Source of the DNA: Hyphochytrium catenoides | Taxonomy: Eukaryota; Protista; Hyphochytriomycota | NCBI GenBank assembly: GCA_900088475.1 | Contig: FLMG01000988.1 | Coordinates: 62,001-126,000 of the forward strand | Direction: 5' to 3' | Length of the DNA: 64,000 nucleotides | Part shown: positions 13,902 to 22,712 of the stretch, one piece after another | Numbering within the stretch: the first letter of the stretch is position 1 | Layout: each line of letters opens with the position of its first letter | Notes under the pieces: model-generated | Seen by the model: only the letters and a program-made list of their open reading frames with translations | Databases searched by the model: none | Told to the model about the DNA's origin: nothing | Translations under genes and position numbers: made by a program

Positions 13902-14891
13902 ATGACGGAGAAGGAGGTGGCAGAGACATCCCTAGATCTATTGACGTCGGAGATGGTTGAAGCCTTCGTAAGTCTGCCTTGAGGCGAACATTCTCTTGAA
14001 GATATACACAATGTCCTACCATTTTGCTGTGCGTTCAATTGCTCCACCTCGCTCACGAATACGTTTTCTAGCTCCGGCATGACGCGAAACGGAACGTTGC
14101 TCTGGAAGACACCCACGTAAAGCTTGAGGCCCTAGGCTATGATGTCGGCTTCAGATTTGTTGAGAGGTACTTGTGACAGTGGTCTGAATCGGATGACAAA
14201 CATACTCAAAAGCAGTTGCCTTCACGTTAACCATCAGGTGCACGAAGGAGCGAGCTCGTATGAGTGAGCCTCTAGACATTATCAAGTTCCTGTGCAAGGA
14301 GTTCTGGTTGAGGATATTCCGAAAGCAAATTGATAAGCTACAGACCAACCACCGGGTAAGTGACCACACTGCTGTGGACTCTTCCCGAAAAAGACACTGA
14401 TATCGCTTGATGTATGGGCTGATGGGCGTGAACTCTCAGGGGGTATATGTGCTCCAGGACTTCAACTTCAGAATGTTAACAAGATTCTCTGCCGCCACCG
14501 ATGAAGCTACCAAAGAGGAGGCATTGAAGTATCTCATATTTCCCTGTGGACTGATTCGAGGTGCATTAGCTAACCTGGGCCTGCTCTGCGCTGTCAACGC
14601 CGATATCACCACCGCTCCAGCATGTAAGCTAATCGCTACCCTCGATCTCAGCTTTCTCTCTACTAAATGGTCTCTGTAGAGGCTAGAAGTTCATAGTTTG
14701 AAATCGACTTGTTCATATCTTATCCTACTAATGTACCCAATTCTTTCTTCCCTGGAGCGTTCTTTATCATCAAGCTATTGCTCCTGGCTTCTCTTGGGCT
14801 ATCGCGACTCCTTTTCTCGCCGGCTTACTCTGCAAACTGCTCTAACGTAACGTCACTTCCAGGCTTATTTAATGTTAAAATAAAGACGTAG
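13902..14891 (+). CDS. TRAPPC6B: TRAPP complex subunit 6B / Trs33, multi-exon
   Basis: Spliced exons read MTEKEVAETSLDLLTSEMVEAF / KLEALGYDVGFRFVER / EPLDIIKFLCKEFWLRIFRKQIDKLQTNHR / GVYVLQDFNF...FPCGLIRGALANLG / LFNVKIKT*. These are hallmark Bet3-family Trs33 motifs with GT-AG junctions. Confidence 0.95.
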
Positions 14892-14998
14892 CGATAGCAC
14901 TATTTTATGACCTTGCCGGCTTCACCTGGTCTATGGTACACAGAAGTCTTAGCCTGTGAGTCAGCTTCGAGCCAATGACAACCTAGGTTCGCATCGCT

Positions 14999-17848
14999 TC
15001 ATTCCACCTCGAAGAGTCCGTTCAGCTCTAGTTCTCGGAGGCGGGCTACCTCTTTTGAAAGCAGCGATTCGTCCTTGTTAGCCAGCAAAATTGTGCCAGG
15101 GCATGTGAAAATATCCCTTGTCTTCTTGAGCTCATCTCCTGGTTTAAGATAGATAGCTTTATGCACAATGGACTCCATGGCATCGATTTCTTTTAGTCCT
15201 GGCATAGACTTCAAGATCCCTTCCTGATAGGAAACCAGCATTGCCTCGATGGCCTCACTCTTTAGCTCTCGGCAAGCGTCAGGAAGCTTGTTAAAGGCTT
15301 CTCGGTCGAGGTATGCGTCGATGCTAACTCCAACCTGGTCGTAGCCCACTGCCACGTCTGTCAACATGCACCATTGTCCTTCCCCACCATGGCATCTCGC
15401 ACCAACCTCCACTAGACAAGGGCTGCCGCGGCAAAGCTTTACCTCACCATGTCCTGGACCGTTTACAAACCCCAGAGCATCCAGCACCTTCTTATGATAG
15501 GCGATAATCTGCTCTATGAGTTGGCCCCTGCATGGTACTAAGCGCACAGTGAAGTAGACGAAAGCTGCATCGTTCACTGGCCGCTTGTCATATTTCCAGA
15601 CGGCAGTCACCTTGTGCACTCCATCTCGGCTAACAGTATCAACAACATATTCATCGCCATCCAGGTACTCTTGCACCAGAACTGTCTCGTTGGCAATGCC
15701 CAAGCCGTTGATCTTGCCAATAATCCGATGGAAGGCCTGCTCAAGCTCACCCCTAGAGTTACAGAGGGTCACGTCATCACTACCGGCACTGTCCACAGGC
15801 TTGATGACAACCTTGAATGGTACGGGGTGGTACCGGTTCAAGAAGTCTTCCACATCACTCCATTCTTTACATCGTTTTTGCTCCACAGCTCTAAGACCGG
15901 CGGCACGAACGGTCTCACCCATTATGTATTTGTCCCGTCTTGCAGTAGATGTTTGAAGAGGGTTCGCCCGCACCCCAAGTGCATTAGCTAGGAGATCTGC
16001 CACAAGGACACCAGTTTCCGCACCAGGGATGACAGCCAAAATCTGGGGACTAATGTCGCGGAGCTTTCTGCAAAGGTCATCCATGTTCCCTCGGTAGTCC
16101 ACCGTAGCCTCGAAAGTTAGCTCCAGGCCTGGTGGGACGAGCCCTGCCACATGCTCCATGGATTCGAGGCTATCACTATACACGCAAACACAGCGGTACC
16201 CTCGGTCGCTGACTCTCTTGGCGAGCACAGCTCCGGTGCTGAAGGGATCGACCACCACAACAATTCCGGTCACTTTCTCGTCCTCCATAGCCTCGGGGCG
16301 CGCGATCTCATACATGCCGCTCTTGCACAGCTGGTGGAATCGGTCGAAGTCCCGGTCAAGCTGCTCCTTTGACTCGTTGGACATCATAAGGCTCATTGGA
16401 GACGTGAATAGATCTACCGTAGGCACGATCAGGTGACCAACCTCCACCTTCACCTCGCAAGTACGGAATGACGACATTTTCCTCACTTCCTCTAAGCCGG
16501 GATAGCCCTTCAGAATTCCTCTCTGGTAGCAGACACCATCAATCTCCATGGCGTACTTTTGGAGCTTCATGGGTCTTTCCGGAAGAGCAGCGAACTTATC
16601 TGGTTCCAGGTAAGCGTCCACTGTCACTGACACCTGGTTGTAGCCCACGCATTCATCAGCCAGTGGAACGAAACCGCCTCCACCTCCGTGGCACCTGGCG
16701 CCCACCTCTACCAGGCAGGGCTCATCTCTAACGAACTTTATTTCTCCATGTGTAGGGCCGTGACGAATGCCGAGCGCCTTGATGACCTGTAACTGATAGT
16801 CAATGACCTTCTGAATGACGGGATCATCCGCAGAGCGAATTCTAGAGTTGAAGTATACGAAGGGTGCACCATTAACAGCCCTCTTGTCATACTGCCATAC
16901 CGCCACGACCTTGTGGTTACCATCGCGGCCGACGGTGTCAACAACATATTCCGTTCCGTCCAGAAATTCCTGTACCAGCACATGCTTATTCTCCAGACCG
17001 AGAGTGTTGATTTTCCCCATAATATTTCCGAAGGCTTTCTTCACTTCCTCTTCAGAGTGGCATTTGTAGACATCGTCACTCCCGGCCGAGTCGACAGGCT
17101 TGACTACGCAGACAAAGGGTCTCGGGTTCCATGAGGCCAAGAACTCACTAATCTCGCTCCATTGACTGCACATGCGTTGCTGCACAGCACGAAGACCAAC
17201 CTCACGAATTCTCTCCCCCATGGCATACTTATTCCGGCGAGCCTCAGAGAGTTTCGTGCCATTGCCCATCAAATTCAGCCTCTCAGCTACAATGCCTGTC
17301 AGCATGACTCCAGTCTCGGCGCCTGCAAGAACTGCCACTATGCGAAAAGGTAGGCTCTTCAGGGAATTTATGGTAGTACTAGTTGCTTCATCGGCCGGTG
17401 CCCCTCCATCATGGTAGACAACGGCCCCGTAGGGCACTCGAATCTCAGAATGAGACAGACTCTCAAGCAGGGAGGCCATCTTGTCCAGGGTGTCACTGTA
17501 GAGACACACAACTGTGTAGCCTCGTTTATGGACTTCGTGGGCGACATTAAGGCCAGTTGTGAAAGGATCTACAACCACCACCGCTTCTTTCTCCACCACT
17601 TCAGCTTGGATGACCGACGGTTTGCGCGAACGCTTTTCCTTCACGTTGAAGTAGCGCCGGTAAAGAACCTCATTATACTTCATGCCCCTGCGAACTTGAT
17701 AATTAGAGGCGTTTCCAGCAAATGTTGAGGCTCTGACAAGCGGATTGAAACCCTCGCCCAAAACATCGTTCCTAGTTATGAACCGCGGATCATATGTCGT
17801 TGACCTAGAAGCTGCAGTCAGCGGTTTAAAGTCTCCGAAATGTGACAT
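14999..17848 (-). CDS. Intronless tandem double ATP-grasp ligase (L-amino-acid ligase / DdaF-NikS-like family), 949 aa from the first ATG
   Basis: One uninterrupted ORF with two homologous ~430-aa modules, each with VVVVDPF(T/S)TG, GAETGV, ARR.KY.MGE, V(V/I)KPVDSAGSDDV, LVQE(F/Y)LDG.EYVVDTV, GP.HGE(I/V)K and CLVEVGARCHGG. The first ATG is at 17848; the track start at 17944 is a GTG. Confidence 0.92.
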   Translation of the reverse strand: MSHFGDFKPLTAASRSTTYDPRFITRNDVLGEGFNPLVRASTFAGNASNYQVRRGMKYNEVLYRRYFNVKEKRSRKPSVIQAEVVEKEAVVVVDPFTTGLNVAHEVHKRGYTVVCLYSDTLDKMASLLESLSHSEIRVPYGAVVYHDGGAPADEATSTTINSLKSLPFRIVAVLAGAETGVMLTGIVAERLNLMGNGTKLSEARRNKYAMGERIREVGLRAVQQRMCSQWSEISEFLASWNPRPFVCVVKPVDSAGSDDVYKCHSEEEVKKAFGNIMGKINTLGLENKHVLVQEFLDGTEYVVDTVGRDGNHKVVAVWQYDKRAVNGAPFVYFNSRIRSADDPVIQKVIDYQLQVIKALGIRHGPTHGEIKFVRDEPCLVEVGARCHGGGGGFVPLADECVGYNQVSVTVDAYLEPDKFAALPERPMKLQKYAMEIDGVCYQRGILKGYPGLEEVRKMSSFRTCEVKVEVGHLIVPTVDLFTSPMSLMMSNESKEQLDRDFDRFHQLCKSGMYEIARPEAMEDEKVTGIVVVVDPFSTGAVLAKRVSDRGYRCVCVYSDSLESMEHVAGLVPPGLELTFEATVDYRGNMDDLCRKLRDISPQILAVIPGAETGVLVADLLANALGVRANPLQTSTARRDKYIMGETVRAAGLRAVEQKRCKEWSDVEDFLNRYHPVPFKVVIKPVDSAGSDDVTLCNSRGELEQAFHRIIGKINGLGIANETVLVQEYLDGDEYVVDTVSRDGVHKVTAVWKYDKRPVNDAAFVYFTVRLVPCRGQLIEQIIAYHKKVLDALGFVNGPGHGEVKLCRGSPCLVEVGARCHGGEGQWCMLTDVAVGYDQVGVSIDAYLDREAFNKLPDACRELKSEAIEAMLVSYQEGILKSMPGLKEIDAMESIVHKAIYLKPGDELKKTRDIFTCPGTILLANKDESLLSKEVARLRELELNGLFEVE

Positions 17849-19359
17849 TGTTCCCGAAACCAGATCCACGAGGGGCAGACTACTCTTATCTCTAACGCAG
17901 CACTCAATGAGAAGTAAATGAGAAGTATTGGATCGCGCGGTCACCGAAGTCAGTAGCCGAGCTATGCTATGAATAGGCTACGACGCTTTTTGGAGGCACG
18001 ACCTGGCTGAGAGATGCGTCTAGAGACCCACAGACTGAAGCCTGTGGCGAGGTGGGAGAGATGTTATAGGTACCAGTACAGGTGCAGAGTCTCACTTGCA
18101 GCTAGGAAAAGTCATTCGGGCTTGCATTCAGCGGGCAAAAGGATGAGAGGTTCGCTCTCAAGGACGAAAGACTCGCCTCACACAGCCGCAGACTATGACC
18201 AAGATCTTCACTACTGGGATAAAGAGTATGAAAGAGATGCTTTCCTGATGAGAGAAAAGACTGAATATTGAAGCGACTGAGGGAGAAAGGTAAGAGATCT
18301 ATCAGTAGTAATATCTCGTAACGACAAAGAAAGCTGGTGTAAGGATATATATATGGTCATAGTAGTAGTTTCTCGTGTTAACAAGAGCATCACTACCGAA
18401 GAACGCTGTCAGCCCTTCAACCTCTTGTACGTTTCCGCCAGCAGCGCATAGTTTCTTTCTTTCTTTCCCCTTGGCCTGTTATTTTGTTCCTTGAAAGATT
18501 CAATAATGAAAGCTATCTGTATCCTTCAGAACACATTGTGTGTTGAGATGATGAGATGATGGCGGTGGGTGGCAAGCAGACATTGGTGATTCGCCAACGA
18601 GAGCGCATCAGCAGGGTGGCATCTACCAGTCAATGCCCATCACACATCAACACCACCAATCCTCTGCCTCATCATCAGCCTTTCAAACCCACACTAGAAG
18701 TATAACGCCTGCAACTTCGTTCCAGCATCAAACCCACTTTCTACACCTCCAACTCAGTCAGCCCCACTTTTTGTCAGCAAGTCTGCTGAGTGGTGAGTCA
18801 ATGGTGATACTACGACAGCAGACTACCAAGTCCATCACCACCAGTTGACAAACACCTGGAGCAAGATACTTGAGAAGGGGCAGGTCTTTTGTTGGTCTGT
18901 CTCTCCGACTGGTTCAACATCGTATTTGTGTGGTTGCTGAGGTCATCGCCTTGGACATACACTGTACACATTTCAATCTGGTAGGAACTATGCCGTTCTG
19001 CCTAAACCCTTGCTGAGGCCGCGCATGATCGATCGCGAAGGAGGTCAAAGGGAATTCAGGGGGCGGGAGGTCTTGATAATACAGCTCCTCAGTGTTGCGG
19101 TGGTGAGTCGTAAGATCACATATCCTTCTCTATAGGGTCTGCCATGGACTCGTTTAACAGAGACGTCTAGTGACCTCAAGCGCCCACAAGCCAAATGACC
19201 TAACAGCAGATGCCAGTGAAGAAGAGCTGGGACAATTACTAGTCCAATAGTGACATTCCTCAAACTGATTGCATGATAATAAAATGTCACTTTTCCGATA
19301 AATAAGGTATGCTTTATATTATATAGCAATGAGAATAGGAAAGTAATAATTTTCAAAAG

Positions 19360-20751
19360 CTAGAACATATACGACGATCCAGCAGTCTCCTTGCGCTGTT
19401 GCTTGACAAAGTCAATATCTATCTCTCCATCGCTCAGAAAGGTGCTCTTGTTCTCGTTAGTCCTGTTCTCTGAGACCTCTGTGGGGAACTCGCTAGGTGT
19501 GTACGAATTGCGCAGTTCCGGAGGGGGAACTGAGGGCCGCACCAGAGTGTACGGCTTTGGTGAGGCTCGGTGGGACTCGAAACTGTGCCATGTTTCTTCA
19601 TTAGTTGCTGTCCGGCGATCTTCTGCGCTGTCGGAGTTGTTGCTTGTAGTGTTACGAGCGATCTCTATGGCCCCAGCAGTAAGAGGATTGAAACATTTTG
19701 AGCAATAGCTGATTTCACCTCTGACCCTGTTCTCCGTAGAGCAGCGAGGGCAATTAACAAGCATCATGAACGAGAGATGGGAACCTTTGGCAAAGGTACT
19801 AGCGGGGACAGCAGGGGCATTTGATGTCTCCTGAGGCTCTTGCTCGCCACCATTCCAACTCATGGATGTAATGGGAGTCTTCACATCTACGTAATAGTCC
19901 GACTGCAGCTCAACATCGCGGTACAGCCCCTCATTCTCTTCTTGAATTCGCCTATTGCGCACCATATAGAGTCCAATGACAATAAGAGCAATCAGGACGC
20001 TTCCGCCTCCTACGATTCCTAGAATAAGGGGAAGCTTCTTGTTTTCGTTCTTACTACTGCTGCCATTTTGTGGCTGCGAGCTTGACGGATCGACTCCGAC
20101 ACCTTCATCGTTATTAGATCCATCTTCTGATGCACTATCCCCGTTCTCTACCTGAGGCCGAGCTCCACCTGTAGCAGGTCGAGATTCTGTGCTTTGATCT
20201 ACGGAAGTCTTCGATGCCACTGTGTCTGTCTGGCTACCATTTGTGGGGTCCGAGTTGGTAACCGAAGGAGAAGGTGAATTGCCATCGTTAGACGATGAAG
20301 ATGGACTGGGAGCGCTACCACTATTTAGTTCTGACGATGGAGATTGATCAGGTACAGCAGCGGGTGCCGCAGCTGTGGATGGCGAGGCGGCAGATGGAGA
20401 CTGTGATGGCGGCGAAGGGGTAGGAGATGGGGTTGGAGCTGGTGGTGACTGCGATGGGGAGCTTGGTGGTGGGCTTGGTGGTGAGGGTCCTGACGGAACG
20501 GGTGTTGGAGAAGGAGAGGGAGGAGGCTGTGGAGGTCTGGTTGGTGGAGGTGGTGACGCTGAAGGCACCGGAGGAGGGGTTGGGCTTGGATTTGGTACTG
20601 GCTGGACCGTGGGACTTGGGGAGGGAATGTCCGGGCTTGGTGGAGGAACACTAGGTGAAGGTGCTACTACATCTGTCTGCGCGAGCGCAACGTCATGCAT
20701 CAAAGCCAGGGCAAGAGACGTGGCCCATAAACTTAAGCAGATAAGTCTCAT
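19360..20751 (-). CDS. Intronless single-pass type I membrane protein: signal peptide, Pro/Ser-rich ectodomain, TM helix, cytoplasmic CxxC-x13-CxxC zinc ribbon
   Basis: 463-aa ORF: MRLICLSLWATSLALALMHDVALA (signal-like), PSPSP/PPP repeats, LPLILGIVGGGSVLIALIVIGLYMV followed by RNRR (positive-inside), then CPRCSTENRVRGEISYCSKC. Confidence 0.85.
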   Translation of the reverse strand: MRLICLSLWATSLALALMHDVALAQTDVVAPSPSVPPPSPDIPSPSPTVQPVPNPSPTPPPVPSASPPPPTRPPQPPPSPSPTPVPSGPSPPSPPPSSPSQSPPAPTPSPTPSPPSQSPSAASPSTAAAPAAVPDQSPSSELNSGSAPSPSSSSNDGNSPSPSVTNSDPTNGSQTDTVASKTSVDQSTESRPATGGARPQVENGDSASEDGSNNDEGVGVDPSSSQPQNGSSSKNENKKLPLILGIVGGGSVLIALIVIGLYMVRNRRIQEENEGLYRDVELQSDYYVDVKTPITSMSWNGGEQEPQETSNAPAVPASTFAKGSHLSFMMLVNCPRCSTENRVRGEISYCSKCFNPLTAGAIEIARNTTSNNSDSAEDRRTATNEETWHSFESHRASPKPYTLVRPSVPPPELRNSYTPSEFPTEVSENRTNENKSTFLSDGEIDIDFVKQQRKETAGSSYMF

Positions 20752-22712
20752 ATCTCACGAGTTCTGGTAGCGACCTAGTAGATGGAGTGTGCTGTAGCAA
20801 CGTCTTCAGTAAATGTCAGGCCGGCAGAGTCAAGCTTTTACTTGGTCTACCGCCATAGATTAAAGAAAAAGGGAGTGAAAGTGGTCCGAGATAGAAGTAG
20901 ATCTCTAAGGAAATGAGCGGAAGTGACAAAGGTTTCAGACGTAGGCAGGTGTGGGAACCTTTAAAAATGATAACGTCATTATTGAGCTCGTTTTGTCTGT
21001 TTCGAGCTCTATCCAGCTCATAGCAGAGAAGCCCAGAATCTGTTATAGTTCTATTGAGCGCTATTGTTTACTCCTCACATACTGGTTAACACTGTGGAGT
21101 AAGACCTTCCACACATCAAGCGGCCTTTGAGCCACCATCATCACACTCTTTGCTGAGGTCCAAAGCAGCCCACCAAGCAAGCTTCCTGACAGCACCTATG
21201 ATGTTATCGGAGCTCTTTTATTCAGAGGCTTTCTTCTAGGTTCTGTCAGTTCTGTCTCTCCTCCACTCATGGTCTAAGAGAGGCGTCATGGGTCATGAAG
21301 CGGATGTTGTGGAGAGAGGGGCCAAGGTAAGTAAGGCCTTGTTGTGCCATCGCCCTTCCCTGAAGGGGCAATAGAAAATATTCATTCCCTTACCTTTCCT
21401 CCGTCTCTTTTCCTTTCCGTCCATCACCTTTGTACGAGCTAATAGGTAAAGCAGGGTGAGGGACCGCATGTATAGGGGCATCTGGGAGAGAGAGGAGGCA
21501 AGATATTTGGCCTATACTTGCTAGTAAAGGAAGGGAGACAGAATTGAGGTATGTGAAGGATAAGTGTCAAGCTGAGATATGATTCTCTTTAGGTTAAACG
21601 GGAGTAGAGGATGAGACAGAGCGAGGCGGAAATACCAGTAGGGAGGAGGAGAGATATAGACCAGCGTGATCGAAGGGATGAGGGAATGTAGCTGAGGGTT
21701 AGAAAGAGGGAGGAAAGAGGACAAAAGGCCCGTCATTACATGCACAGACGGAATATTTAGAGGTAGGAAGAGAAGAGGTGTCAGCGCTTCATTCCCTGTA
21801 CTCTAAACACTTTGGCGCCTTTCGTGCTGCTGACGACAGATGGTGTCCAACTTATCTGACGACCTACTAAAATACCAAATAATGGCACTTAGTAATTGAG
21901 AACCAAGGATGTTTTGTGGCCGAGCATTTGGAATTTAACCGACTGGTAGATGGTGGTTCTTGGCCTGCTCCATCCGTGCAGGAGAGACAGGACTCCGCCG
22001 CTCCCTGACGCGACATCGCGGGAACTGATGGCCAAGAAGGATCTTCACTCCTCCTCCGTTGCTGATCGGCCCAGGCCAGTGCCGTACCTACACTTCTTAG
22101 TAGAACTCGAGAACTATGTCTGCATTCAATGGCCAGTGATGATGATGCTGCCCAGCGAAAGGTCACAACATTGGCTGCGTGCTGAGATATCTTCTGGGAC
22201 GACTAGTTTGTTGCCTTTCCTTGTTCTTGTCTGAGGGAAGGGCCGGATATGTCAAAAAGCATCAGATGCTTTGACTTGAAGGAGCAGCTCCATCAGCCTT
22301 TCTCCACTTTGTAGTCAAAAGGGTATATAAGGATGGAAAGCCATGTGACCAACAAGTACTCGCAATAGGTGTCCTTGACGGCCGCCGGAGATCATCAGCC
22401 ATTGGACTAATGTTATTTACAGTTTTACTCCTAGAGGAGCGTCTGATGGTGGCAGTAGAACTAAGTAGTACCATGCCAATTGCGGGGAAGCAATAGATGA
22501 AGCAGAGAGAGAAGTACGCATTGTCATCTTGATACTTCAACTACGGTTATTTATTATCTCAATTACGTCGATATCAGCTATCTTAGCGCGTGCTTGGCTA
22601 CGAACAGCCTTTTGGATAAAGAAGATCGACGACCAAGATGCACACAAAGATATCCTTATCGCTACATGGATGGAGATGACTGCCATCTTGTGGCTGTCAG
22701 ATAACTTGCAAG

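Noticed and set aside
18540-18680. Weak inverted repeat (GATGATGAG ... CTCATCATC)
   Set aside because: Only a short low-complexity match, expected by chance.
20375-20770. Gly-rich plus-strand ORF and similar antisense ORFs (e.g. 22821-23417, 15585-17728 set, 31973-32543)
   Set aside because: These are antisense shadows of well-supported minus-strand genes with biased codon content.
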